The translations under genes were made by a program, and so were the position numbers. The notes under the pieces are model-generated. The model did not search any database. It was not told the DNA's origin and saw only the letters and a program-made list of their open reading frames with translations. From contig CAVSBQ010000002.1 of NCBI GenBank assembly GCA_963726265.1, positions 1,024,001 to 1,088,000 on the forward strand: a DNA stretch of 64,000 bases, in the 5' to 3' direction. The stretch is from Candidatus Aenigmatarchaeota archaeon. GTDB taxonomy: Archaea > Aenigmatarchaeota > Aenigmatarchaeia > QMZP01 > QMZT01. Shown one piece after another: positions 29,752-38,827 of this stretch; within the stretch, counting starts at the first letter, position 1, and the number at the start of each line of letters is the position of its first letter.

Positions 29752-30165
29752 TCACTCAGAAACAGCTTTCCCGCCCGCTTCCTCTATCTTTTCCTTCGCG
29801 TGGCGCGAGAATGCCGTGGCCTTCACGGTCAGCTTCTTCGTGACCTTGCCCGTGCCGAGGACCTTGTCAAATCCCATTTCCGCCAGGTCGATTTCTGTCT
29901 TGTCACCGGCCAGCGCCTGCAGGTCGTCGAGGTTTATCGCGTTAACGACCTTCGTGCACTTCTGGCTCTTCGGGACGAAGCCGCGCTTGCCGAGGTGGGT
30001 GGGGTCGTATCTTATGAACCATGATTTCCTGTGCTTCTTCGAGCCCGCGTTGCCGTGGCCTCCGCGGTATCCTCTACCACGGCGTTTTCGCATGCCGCCG
30101 TGGCCGCAGGTCCTCGTCCCGCGCTTGCTGACAATCTTTTTTCTCCGGTGCGCCATAAGCATCAC
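29752..30165 (-). CDS. rpl15: 50S ribosomal protein uL15
   Basis: RGTRTCGHG, RGGHGNAG, GKRGF, KVLGTG, KIEEAGG. Confidence 0.96.
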   Translation of the reverse strand: MMLMAHRRKKIVSKRGTRTCGHGGMRKRRGRGYRGGHGNAGSKKHRKSWFIRYDPTHLGKRGFVPKSQKCTKVVNAINLDDLQALAGDKTEIDLAEMGFDKVLGTGKVTKKLTVKATAFSRHAKEKIEEAGGKAVSE

Positions 30166-30174
30166 TTGCGTCTG

Positions 30175-30600
30175 CTAAATCATCCTCTCGAGCAGCTCGT
30201 TTATCTTCTCGCCCCTGAAGCCGAGCGCGCCCTTTGGATAGGGATTCTTAACGCCCTCATAGCCTTTCCTGGGCGGGCTGAGCCTGAAAACGGGCTTGAA
30301 ACCATCAACCTTCGCTCCTTTCTTCTTCAGCGCGTCGAGGACGTCCTTCACTTCCTTCTCGCTGGGCTTCCTGTCCCCCGCCATCCTGCCGCGCTCAGAC
30401 ACGAGCCTGGCCAGCGTGGCTTCGCTTATGTCGCCCCACGTGACGAAGTCCTTGACTTTCTTTATCATGCCTTCGGTCCTCGGGTCCTTCCTGATGAGGA
30501 CGCAATGGTTGACCCTGGTAAGGTTCATCATGCGCAGCGTGTCCTTTATCTTCCCCCGTGTCTTCACGCTGCCCCTGACCCTTACCACGGCGAACATCAT
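30175..30600 (-). CDS. rpl30: 50S ribosomal protein uL30
   Basis: AVVRVRG, DTLRMMNL, VTWGD, FRLSPPRKGY. Confidence 0.96.
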   Translation of the reverse strand: MMFAVVRVRGSVKTRGKIKDTLRMMNLTRVNHCVLIRKDPRTEGMIKKVKDFVTWGDISEATLARLVSERGRMAGDRKPSEKEVKDVLDALKKKGAKVDGFKPVFRLSPPRKGYEGVKNPYPKGALGFRGEKINELLERMI

Positions 30601-31448
30601 ATGTCACCCTTCGTCCTGCTCAGGTTGCCCAGGGCGTCAAAAACGGCGAGCGCGAGGTTGATCCTCGTGGAAGTCATGCCGAAAGTGTTGGACCAGACGT
30701 CCTTTATGCCGGCGAGCTTGAGAATCTTCTTCGTCTCCTCGTCCGCTACCACTCCGACGCCGACGGGAGTCGGGGTGAGCACGACCTTGACCGAGCCTGC
30801 CTTGCCCTTGGTCTTTATCGGGATGGAATGCGTTCCTCCGCAGTTGCATTCCCATGAGCCGCATCCCCTCCTCACGTTGATAACATTAAGCTTTGCCTGC
30901 TGTATCGCCTTCTCTATCGCGGTCCTGTGCTCGTTCGACGTCGCCTTGCCCATGCCGACTATGCCGTCCTCGTTGCCCACGACGACGAGCGATGTAAGCT
31001 TGAATCTCCTGCCCGATTTGTGCATCCTGGCGGTCATGCGAGTCGGCGTTCTGCGTATTCCGCCTCCTTTGCCTGGCGTGCCGCCGATGTAGACCAGCTC
31101 CTCCTTCAGGTCCGGCACGAGGTAATCTATTATCTCGGGCTCGAGGATTATCTTCCCCCTCGAAAGCAGCTCCTTGATGTCCTTGAACTTCCCCTCGACC
31201 ACCTGCTTGCCCAGCTCGGTCCTGGGTATCCATGACGAAAGCCTCTCCTCGACGACCCTGGCGACTTCCTTTATCTCCTTCTCCGGAGGGGCGACTACTG
31301 CCTCTATTATCTCTGCTATGGGCTCCTCCTCTCCTGCCTTCTTGGCAACGGGCTTTTCCTTCGGCTTCTCCACCGTCTCTTCCATTTCCTTTTCCTTCTC
31401 TATTTCCTCGCCCGTTTCCTCGTGCTTGAGCCTTTTCTTCTTTGTCAT
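30597..31448 (-). CDS. rps5: 30S ribosomal protein uS5 with acidic N-terminal extension
   Basis: WIPRTELG, RMHKSGRR, VGNEDG, GCGSWEC, LAGIKDVW. Confidence 0.96.
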   Translation of the reverse strand: MTKKKRLKHEETGEEIEKEKEMEETVEKPKEKPVAKKAGEEEPIAEIIEAVVAPPEKEIKEVARVVEERLSSWIPRTELGKQVVEGKFKDIKELLSRGKIILEPEIIDYLVPDLKEELVYIGGTPGKGGGIRRTPTRMTARMHKSGRRFKLTSLVVVGNEDGIVGMGKATSNEHRTAIEKAIQQAKLNVINVRRGCGSWECNCGGTHSIPIKTKGKAGSVKVVLTPTPVGVGVVADEETKKILKLAGIKDVWSNTFGMTSTRINLALAVFDALGNLSRTKGDI

Positions 31449-31542
31449 GCATACCACTTCATTACACAAATCCGGTTGTTTCGGGATTGTGATGATTGCG
31501 ATTAGATTGTGATTATATAGATACCAATATATTAAAGGATGC

Positions 31543-32199
31543 TTATTTATATCTTCTCCTTTTTTTAATCCTTTCGAGCCTCGCCAGGATGTCTTTCGCC
31601 TTGTCAAAGCGGCTGGCATACGCGGCAGTGACGTCATTCCAGCATGCGTCTAGGACATCGAAATGCGCTGCTTTGAGCGCCTCGAAAAGCAGGAAAAGGT
31701 CGACCGCCTGATCTTCGACGGATGAAGAGAACTTACCGAGGCCGAAATCTATAAGATAGAGCCGTTCGCCAGCATCTGAAAGAATCATGTTCGAGGTCGT
31801 CAGGTCGCCGTGGATCACTCCCGCTTGGTGCAGCGCGGCAATCAGCCCGCCCATTTCCATGCAAACCTTTTTGCGCTCCTTCCCGCCCATCGCATTCAGC
31901 GCATCCTTCAGCTTCCTTCCTCGTATGTATTCCATGACGAGCCTGAAATCGTCCTCGGTGCGCAGCTTCGGGACAGCGACTCCGCTCGCCCTCGCCCGCT
32001 CCATGAGCTTTGCCTCTGCGCGCGTGCGCTGCTTCCTTATCCTCATGTCCAGCTGCGGGATGCGATAGCCTTTCGATACGCGTTCTTTAACCAGTTCCTG
32101 GCCGCGCTCCGAGTCGCGCAGGTACAAAATCGCTTCTGCGCCTCGCTGGATGATTTTTCCCTTTGGTCCATTCAGTTCATTCACATCTTCATGCCGCAT
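31543..32199 (-). CDS. bud32: KEOPS kinase Bud32
   Basis: RGAEA, KERVSKGYR, HGDLTTSN, LIDFGL, AVDL. Confidence 0.94.
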   Translation of the reverse strand: MRHEDVNELNGPKGKIIQRGAEAILYLRDSERGQELVKERVSKGYRIPQLDMRIRKQRTRAEAKLMERARASGVAVPKLRTEDDFRLVMEYIRGRKLKDALNAMGGKERKKVCMEMGGLIAALHQAGVIHGDLTTSNMILSDAGERLYLIDFGLGKFSSSVEDQAVDLFLLFEALKAAHFDVLDACWNDVTAAYASRFDKAKDILARLERIKKRRRYK

Positions 32200-32235
32200 G
32201 AGAATAAGATTATGTTGAGGGTTTATAATTTTTGT

Positions 32236-32595
32236 CTAAAGGCTAGAGGGATATTTCCCTTCTATTGATTTGAGATTTTCCCGGACGTTCTCTCCAATCT
32301 CTCTTGATAATTCATCGTGATTGAGGTTTTCGAACTCGGTAGGTATGGCGATTACGGGCGACTCGTATTGCAAGCCATTGCTTCCGTTGTCCGTTTTTTT
32401 AAGCACGTATTGCAGGGTTCTCTGCCCGTCCGGCCCTTCTGATACGACAACGCAAATCTTGTTGAAAATTTTATCTGCCGGCAAAGTAGCCAGAAGAGGA
32501 CAAATTCCATCTGATAGAAGCGAGATAAGAAAATCACTCTTAGGTCTAAACTTGTAGTTTTTTTCGCCAAATCCTAATTCCGACATCCATGGCAT
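32236..32595 (-). CDS. Orphan hypothetical protein
   Basis: 119-aa AT-richer ORF. Confidence 0.6.
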   Translation of the reverse strand: MPWMSELGFGEKNYKFRPKSDFLISLLSDGICPLLATLPADKIFNKICVVVSEGPDGQRTLQYVLKKTDNGSNGLQYESPVIAIPTEFENLNHDELSREIGENVRENLKSIEGKYPSSL

Positions 32596-32696
32596 AATAT
32601 CATCTTTTTACTATAGGATAGCAAGAAAAATAACGGTGTTATGCTTTAAAAGCCTTTCTTGGCGGTTCACTTGCCGCAAAACATCAGCTTTTGGCA

Positions 32697-33020
32697 TCAG
32701 GACTTGCCTGCATGCGGGACAAATTCAGTAAAGCCGCTCGCTTTCAGCGCCTCTGTTAATCTGTCATACAGGTGCGCCGGGATTTGCATAAAGCCGTAGG
32801 AGCCGCTGCCAAGGTCCTTTCCTGTTTCGGCATTTATTGTTCTGGGCCACACCTCAAATTTCTCCCCTCTGGGATACCTGTCCACCAGTATCGCATTGTA
32901 ACCCTTCATCCATGGCGCACTGAAATCCAGAGTCAGGTCGTCTGTCACATTCACCTGAAGCAAATCCGCCGGCCTGATGTATATTTTGAAACTGTTTGTC
33001 ATGTGAAGGCTATGTCGCAT
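32697..33020 (-). CDS. Orphan hypothetical protein
   Basis: ORF trimmed to ATG 33020 so it does not overlap ttuA. Confidence 0.55.
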   Translation of the reverse strand: MRHSLHMTNSFKIYIRPADLLQVNVTDDLTLDFSAPWMKGYNAILVDRYPRGEKFEVWPRTINAETGKDLGSGSYGFMQIPAHLYDRLTEALKASGFTEFVPHAGKS

Positions 33021-33043
33021 AAAAATAAATTCCCGTACTTTCC

Positions 33044-33967
33044 CTATTCCCCCCACAGCTCGCAGGTCTTGCATATCTTCTGCGAGCTGGGCTCGCCGCA
33101 CCTCTCGCAGCGGACGAGCTCGACGTTCGCCTGTTTAACAAGCTCCCTGACCTGGGGCAGCAGGCGGTGGAAGGTGTTCAGAATCGAGAATTTCGTGCCC
33201 GGGCTTTCGCTTTCCAGCTCGTTGATGAAGTCGCGCACCTTGAACCGCGGGCCCTCGATGAACGGGCATTCGTTCTCCTGGATTTCCAGCCCGTTGAGCA
33301 GCGCGTAAAGGCCGATTTCGCGCTCAGGGATTTCCCTGAACGGCTTTATGCGCGGGACGAACAGGCGGCTCTTCAGAATCGGCTCGCCGCCCATGCGGGC
33401 GAGGCGCACCAGGTCGCCGCGTATGTAGTCCATGAGAATGCCCTGCACCTCGTCGTCGAGGTTCATGCCGAAGCAGATTTTCGTTGCGCCAAGATCCCTG
33501 GCCTTCATGTTCAGCAGCCAGCGACGTGCGAGGCCGCAGCAGGTGCAGGCCGTGCCTTCCCATCTGTCGGATTTTTTTGTCTCTTTCACCTTCTCGCTGA
33601 GCGGCTTGCCTAACTCGTCTTCGAAGGAAAAAACGTGATGCTTTACGCGAAGCTTCCTGCACAGGCGCTTCGCTATCTTAAGGCTCTCGTCGCGGTAGCC
33701 GGGTATGCCTTCGTCTATGGTTATCGCGAAGAACTTGAGGTCGCGCCTACGGCGGAAAAGTCTGTGCATCATGAAAAGCGCGGCAGACGAATCCTTGCCG
33801 CCGGACAGCGCGAAGGCGATGGTGTCGCCGCGCTCGACCATCCTGCCTTTGCGTATCGTCCGCATGGCCTTGTTTTCCACACTCTCCATGAAATGCCTTT
33901 TGCAGAAATACGTGCCCTCGTATTTCCTGCGATACACTGCCTTGTTCCCGCATTTGGAGCATTTCAT
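33044..33967 (-). CDS. ttuA: tRNA 2-thiolation protein TtuA/Ncs6 family
   Basis: N- and C-terminal Zn fingers, PP-loop SGGKDS, CTCCG, NLDDE, RIKP, CPF. Confidence 0.92.
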   Translation of the reverse strand: MKCSKCGNKAVYRRKYEGTYFCKRHFMESVENKAMRTIRKGRMVERGDTIAFALSGGKDSSAALFMMHRLFRRRRDLKFFAITIDEGIPGYRDESLKIAKRLCRKLRVKHHVFSFEDELGKPLSEKVKETKKSDRWEGTACTCCGLARRWLLNMKARDLGATKICFGMNLDDEVQGILMDYIRGDLVRLARMGGEPILKSRLFVPRIKPFREIPEREIGLYALLNGLEIQENECPFIEGPRFKVRDFINELESESPGTKFSILNTFHRLLPQVRELVKQANVELVRCERCGEPSSQKICKTCELWGE

Positions 33968-34168
33968 TCAGCCACCAGAAACAACTTTTATGAGCTCCAG
34001 CCTGTCGTTGTCGCCGAGCCTTTCGTCGTCCGTTATTATTTCCTTTCCCCTTTTCACGAGCACGGTCTCGGGATTTATCCCGAGTTTTTGCACGGCGTCT
34101 ATCGCCCTCGCTTCCGCGGGCAGGCTGAGCCTGTGCTTACTGCCCTGGAGTTCAGCGGTGATTTTCAT
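33968..34168 (-). CDS. ThiS/MoaD/SAMP ubiquitin-like sulfur carrier
   Basis: 66 aa ending VVSGG; abuts ttuA. Confidence 0.92.
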   Translation of the reverse strand: MKITAELQGSKHRLSLPAEARAIDAVQKLGINPETVLVKRGKEIITDDERLGDNDRLELIKVVSGG

Positions 34169-34245
34169 AACTAATATAAAAGAGATTTATAATAAATACT
34201 GTAAACAGGACGAAGGTTTGCCACTACGAAGCCTTCGCTTGAAAT

Positions 34246-34391
34246 GCTGAGATGGCCGAGTCCGGTTCAAGGCGCTCGCCTCGAGTGAGCTTTTTAGGAA
34301 AAAGCTCAAGCAAAAACGGCAACAGAAAGCTAACGCTTCCGGGATAGCGAGTGGGCATCCGCCCGCGCAGGTTCGAATCCTGCTCTCAGCG
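34246..34391 (+). tRNA. tRNA-Ser(CGA) with 60-nt intron at 37/38 (34286-34345)
   Basis: GCTGAGA/TCTCAGC acceptor stem, CTCGC-CT-CGA-G|A-GCGAG, long variable arm, GGTTCGAATCC; BHB-like pairing CTCG/CGGG. Confidence 0.93.
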
Positions 34392-34400
34392 CTAACCATC

Positions 34401-34472
34401 GGGCTGGTGGTCTAGTGGCATGACGTCGCCTTCACACGGCGAAGATCGAGGGTTCAATTCCCTCCCGGCCCA
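34401..34472 (+). tRNA. tRNA-Val(CAC)
   Basis: TCGCC-TT-CAC-AC-GGCGA, full cloverleaf, no encoded CCA. Confidence 0.95.
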
Positions 34473-34509
34473 TGCTTATAAATCAGGCCAAAACATATTC
34501 ACTATATCT

Positions 34510-34582
34510 GGGTCCATGGTCTAGTGGTTATGACGTCTGCTTGACGTGCAGAAGATCGCTGGTTCGACTCCGGCTGGACCCA
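34510..34582 (+). tRNA. tRNA-Val(GAC)
   Basis: TCTGC-TT-GAC-GT-GCAGA, full cloverleaf. Confidence 0.95.
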
Positions 34583-34630
34583 TGTTTTCTTGCACATCCC
34601 TTTTAATTTTTAACTGCTATTTATTCATTC

Positions 34631-35056
34631 ATGTTCGGTTACAAACCCCCAGGAAACATAGACAAGACACCCTATTATGTCAGCGACAGGTCCGATATTA
34701 TTCCGAGAAGGCCGGGGGTGAGCCTGACTGACACGAACTATGCAGTTGCGAGATTCAATCAGCAGGCCGCTAAAGAAGGCCTCTACACCGTGGAGCTTGT
34801 GAGAAGTCTGCTTTTCCGCCACAGAATCGAACCTGAGGAAGGCGAACCAGAAAGGGATATAAGATCGGATGCAGTCAGGTTGGCGGGGAAAAAAACCGGC
34901 ACACCAGTCATCAAAGGAGGCGGCAGGCTGCACATGATAGCATACACGCTGAAACAGGCAAAAGAAATATACGATTCTTTTATAGAAAAAGGCTTGGTAG
35001 CATCTCTGGATGAAAGCACTATTGCATCCGAACTCAGAAAGATAATAGACGAGTAG
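34631..35056 (+). CDS. Orphan hypothetical protein
   Basis: 141-aa ORF between tRNA genes with its own TATA-like element. Confidence 0.65.
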   Translation: MFGYKPPGNIDKTPYYVSDRSDIIPRRPGVSLTDTNYAVARFNQQAAKEGLYTVELVRSLLFRHRIEPEEGEPERDIRSDAVRLAGKKTGTPVIKGGGRLHMIAYTLKQAKEIYDSFIEKGLVASLDESTIASELRKIIDE

Positions 35057-35091
35057 GTTTTTATAAACAAGGCCGGATTATGTATTATCAT

Positions 35092-35273
35092 GCCCCGGTA
35101 GTCTAGCCCGGTCAATTCCCGAACAGAATTGAGTTCGGGAAACAGCGAGGATACCGGCCTTTCGGGTGCTTTTCGAAGTCTCGAAAGGTAAGAGTTTCGC
35201 TGCATGCCTCATGCACGAAGCAATGACTTCACGAAGAAAGCCGGTGACCCGGGTTCAAATCCCGGCCGGGGCA
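35092..35273 (+). tRNA. tRNA-Glu(TTC) with two introns (D-loop 35115-35147; 37/38 35165-35238)
   Basis: GCCCCGG/CCGGGGC acceptor stem; CCGGC-CT-TTC-G|A-GCCGG; both introns form BHB-type junctions. Confidence 0.9.
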
Positions 35274-35285
35274 TACTCAACCAAA

Positions 35286-35305
35286 GGCATGGGAATGCCC
35301 ATGCC
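35286..35305 (+). terminator. Hairpin after tRNA-Glu
   Basis: GGCATGGG-AATG-CCCATGCC, perfect 8-bp stem. Confidence 0.45.
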
Positions 35306-35357
35306 AGCCCACTCAGCCTACTTCTTATTTTTAAAACTTCGGCCTCAAAATTAAAGC

Positions 35358-36120
35358 ATGGTCAAATCTGGCTGCGAGAACTGCGACAACTGCGCGCTGT
35401 GCTGCAAGGGCTGGGACATCGAGCTCTCGAAGGAGGATATCAGGAACGCTGGTCACGCTGGGCTACAGGCCGGGCGATTTCCTCGAGACGAAGCCGCAGC
35501 CGAGGATGAAGGCCGTCGGCAAGGAAAGGGACTGCATATTCCTGGACAGGGAGAGCAGGTGCGCTCTCGAGAAGCGCCACGGCCATTCAGCGAAGCCTCA
35601 CACGTGCAGGCACTACCCGAGGATGAACGTGGAAAGGATAAAGGAGAAGGACTACTACTTCTACGAATACACCGGCAGGACGCTCTCAAGGGACGTGCTC
35701 GTGAAAATGCTCGAGCGCCTGAAAAACGCCGGAGAGGACGAGCTCTTCGAGGTCCTGCTTTTCCAGCTCGAGAAGCTCAGGAAGCACAGGGGCAGCTATA
35801 TCGACGCCTTCAACTACGACGACAGGAGGAGGCATTCCGAGCTTTCGAAGGCGTTCGCCGCGAGAAGGCTTAAGAAGCTCGCGCGCAGCAGGGTCAGAAG
35901 CGACGACACGGTGGACTTCGGAAAAATAGGGACGAGAAGGAAGTTCGACACGGCGAGGTTCATAGAGACGCTGCAGAAGAAAATCACGGAAGGCGAAGGG
36001 ATAAACCCCAACCTGCCGGACATGCTGCTCGCCTACCTGTTCGCGATAAAAAACGCCGAGCCGCGCGATGCGAAGGCGCTGGCGGCATACTTCTTCGAGT
36101 GGAACGCCAAAAGGTTCTGA
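35358..36120 (+). pseudogene. YkgJ/CxxCxxCC cysteine-cluster protein with +1 frameshift near 35445
   Basis: CDNCALCC...IELSKEDIR, then +1 frame TLVTLGY...DCIFLD..RC..KPHTCRHYP; one extra A in AGGAACG. Confidence 0.82.
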
Positions 36121-36173
36121 TGCTGTTGCAAGTTTTTAAACCGAGAAGTCCATGTATTTTAAAGTGATAGCAA

Positions 36174-36338
36174 ATGCCAACCTTTGAAAAATATTGCGAC
36201 AAGTGCGGAGAGCCGTGCACGGCGCTCAAGAACGTGAACGGCAGGATGCTCTGCCCCAAGTGCAGGGGCGTCCATCTCCAGGAGGACGAGGAAGTCACGA
36301 GGAAACAGAAGCGCAGGAACATGTGGCTGGACAAGTAA
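36174..36338 (+). CDS. Small zinc-finger protein (54 aa)
   Basis: Translated by hand: MPTFEKYCDKCGE...LCPKCRG...WLDK*. Confidence 0.75.
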   Translation: MPTFEKYCDKCGEPCTALKNVNGRMLCPKCRGVHLQEDEEVTRKQKRRNMWLDK

Positions 36339-36488
36339 GCGGGGGTACCCAAGCGGTCAAAGGGGCTAGAATACCTAATCCAAGGGTATGGCCAAGTTTA
36401 GGTATGGCTAAGTTCAGGCGTTGGCTGAAAAGCCATGGAAATGCCTAGTGCTTTAGTAGCTTCCAGGGTTCGAATCCCTGCTCCCGCA
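36339..36488 (+). tRNA. tRNA-Leu(CAG) with two introns (30/31 36370-36411; 37/38 36419-36442)
   Basis: GCGGGGG/CTCCCGC-A acceptor stem; spliced arm CTAG|G-TT-CAG-G|G-CCTAG; long variable arm. Confidence 0.85.
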
Positions 36489-36546
36489 TTCTCTTTCTTT
36501 TACGGGCCTGAAAATGATTTATTAGCGAGTTCCCATAATCTTAATT

Positions 36547-36948
36547 ATGGCAGTTTTCGGCAAGACGCCTGACGAAAAGCAGGAAAGGATACTGGCCGAC
36601 GTCATAAACAGGATGAACGAGAACGTGCAGAGGCTTCGCGTAATCGAGCAGAAGATGCAGGCGACGGACACGCGCATGAATTCCATCGAGCAGAACTTCG
36701 TCTCCTACAACAAGAACATCCAGAGGTCGGCGGCCGAGAGGGACGCGAAAATCGGCCAGCTCGAGGAGAGGGTGGGGAGGATAGAGACGACCTACAAGGA
36801 GATACTCAACCAGCTCAAGCTAGTCGCGACCAAAACGAACGTCGACGAGATTAGGCAGCTCATCTCGATATACGATCCCATGAAGTCGAGTTTCGTGACG
36901 AAGGAGGAGATGGAAAGCTTCATCGATGAAAAGCTTTCGAAGCCCTGA
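36547..36948 (+). CDS. Coiled-coil hypothetical protein
   Basis: 133 aa heptads, genome-typical codons. Confidence 0.82.
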   Translation: MAVFGKTPDEKQERILADVINRMNENVQRLRVIEQKMQATDTRMNSIEQNFVSYNKNIQRSAAERDAKIGQLEERVGRIETTYKEILNQLKLVATKTNVDEIRQLISIYDPMKSSFVTKEEMESFIDEKLSKP

Positions 36949-37013
36949 GGGAAAGCGGGGAAATTTAATATTTTAAGAGGATGAAACCAAATATAATATA
37001 AAAGGGGTGTCTT

Positions 37014-37847
37014 ATGTTCAATCCTTTCGGCGGCAAGAAGAAAAAAGGCGACGCTATGGAATCGATGGATTCGTCTTACGGAGGTCCGGCGGGTCCGCCA
37101 TCTTCGAGGCCGCCCGAAAGAAGGATAGTCCCGAGCGACGAGGTAAGGGCATTCGCGTCGCGCGGCGTCCCGGAGCCCGACATAATCAGGGCGTTAAGAC
37201 GCGAAGGTTATTCCACGACGGAGATAGACCAGGCCATGAAGGAAGCGCTTAAGAACAGGGTTTCGGGCGATTTCTACAGGCCTTCCAACGAATACGGCGA
37301 GCGACCCTTAGGAGGCCCGCCCGAGGCGCCGCCCGAGAGGGACGAGCTGCCCAGGAACCTCGGCTACCCAGGCGCCGACATGGTAGATGAAGAGCTGCCG
37401 CCACCGCCCGAGCCGGCCTTGAGGGAACCCGAATTCCCGGACATGCCCGAGGGCGAATACTTCCAGCCGCAACCGAGGAGAGCGCCGGCAAGAGGACCGC
37501 AGAGGCAAGGCATAGACAAGCGCGAAATCGAAGAACTCGCTGAAGTCATAGTCGACGAGAAGCTGCGCGACATAAGAGAGCGCTTCAAGGTGGTCGATTC
37601 CCAGTTCCAGCAGATAAGCAGGAAGATGGATTCGGTCTCCGACGAGATGAACAGGATGCGCTCCGAGAAGAGCGGCGAGGTCAAGGGCATAGAGAGCAAG
37701 ATAGACGGCTACTCCAGGAACATGGATGCGATAAACGGCAGGATGGAGTCGATGGAGAAGGCGCTGAAAGACTCGCTTTCGCCCATGCTAGAATCCATGC
37801 GCTCGCTGGCCGACCTGGTCAAGAGCATGAAGGAAAAGGGCAAATAA
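37014..37847 (+). CDS. Pro-rich/coiled-coil hypothetical protein
   Basis: GVPEPDIIRALRREGYSTTEIDQA helical domain, Pro-rich linker, IEELAEVIVDEK coiled coil. Confidence 0.85.
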   Translation: MFNPFGGKKKKGDAMESMDSSYGGPAGPPSSRPPERRIVPSDEVRAFASRGVPEPDIIRALRREGYSTTEIDQAMKEALKNRVSGDFYRPSNEYGERPLGGPPEAPPERDELPRNLGYPGADMVDEELPPPPEPALREPEFPDMPEGEYFQPQPRRAPARGPQRQGIDKREIEELAEVIVDEKLRDIRERFKVVDSQFQQISRKMDSVSDEMNRMRSEKSGEVKGIESKIDGYSRNMDAINGRMESMEKALKDSLSPMLESMRSLADLVKSMKEKGK

Positions 37848-37858
37848 AAATTGCCTTA

Positions 37859-38776
37859 CTATTTTTTTATCTTCAAAGTTATCTTGTTGGTCCTGCCCAG
37901 GCTTTGCACTTCGACGATGCCGCGCTCCTTGAGGCCCGTTATGATCCTCGAGACCTTTGCCTTCGAGAAGTCGCTTTCGCGCACGATGACCTTCTGGTTC
38001 GCCGAGCCCTCGTGCTTGAGCAGTATTTCTATGACGACCTTTTCGTCCCCCTTCATCAGCGGCATGAGCACCTTTATCGAGTCCTGCTTGCGCGTCGTCC
38101 TCACGTAGAAAACGCCCAGGGAGGCGATCAGTATCACGGCTATCACGACGGTTATGCCGATGTCCCATATGCTGCCCATGTTGGATGGCGGCAGGCGGTA
38201 CGTCACGGCGTAATACATGTCCTCCCCGTTCTCCACGCTCTCCTTGTCCCAGTAGACCATTATGTGCTTGCCGTCGCTCAGGGTCTTGCCGTTCCTGGGC
38301 GTGAAGGACTCGTTAGGCGCGTCTGTCACGAGCGTCGCAGTCGGAGGCAGGTAGACGATGTTGAAGAACCTGTTCGTGCCGGTTTCGATGGGGACGAAGC
38401 GGTTGAATTCGTAAACCTCTTCGGCCTTCTGCGTGATTTCGTCGCTCAGGAACGATATCTCGATCTTTGCGCCGTCGTAGTTTTTGTAGTTTATGAAATC
38501 GCACGAGACGGATGACATCTCTCCTGCCCTGGTTTCACAGTCGGCGGGGGCGTATTTCGATTCGACCGTGACGTTGGAAATCCTTGCCTTGAATTTGTAT
38601 TCCATGCTTTCGACGCTGGAGTTGAACGTCAGCGTAACGACGTTCAGAATGGTCGTATCTTCCTGAATCCAACTCTCTATGCCGTAGTAATCGAGATTCT
38701 GTGCCTTTGCAGGCCATATGAAACAATTCAGAGCCAGAAGGAACAATAACGCAGCAGCTATCCTGGGCTTTTTCAT
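37859..38776 (-). CDS. Membrane-anchored protein with C-terminal winged HTH (COG2512-like)
   Basis: Signal peptide, extracellular domain, TM helix, DEKVVIEIL..QKVIVRESDFSKAKVSRII..GRTNKI. Confidence 0.85.
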   Translation of the reverse strand: MKKPRIAAALLFLLALNCFIWPAKAQNLDYYGIESWIQEDTTILNVVTLTFNSSVESMEYKFKARISNVTVESKYAPADCETRAGEMSSVSCDFINYKNYDGAKIEISFLSDEITQKAEEVYEFNRFVPIETGTNRFFNIVYLPPTATLVTDAPNESFTPRNGKTLSDGKHIMVYWDKESVENGEDMYYAVTYRLPPSNMGSIWDIGITVVIAVILIASLGVFYVRTTRKQDSIKVLMPLMKGDEKVVIEILLKHEGSANQKVIVRESDFSKAKVSRIITGLKERGIVEVQSLGRTNKITLKIKK

Positions 38777-38827
38777 ATAAAATATATTGGTTGCATAGAG
38801 TTTAAAAAAGTAATTTGGAAGCGGCAT

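Noticed and set aside
34246..36488. tRNA-targeted integrated element
   Set aside because: No integrase and no duplicated tRNA 3' end was found.
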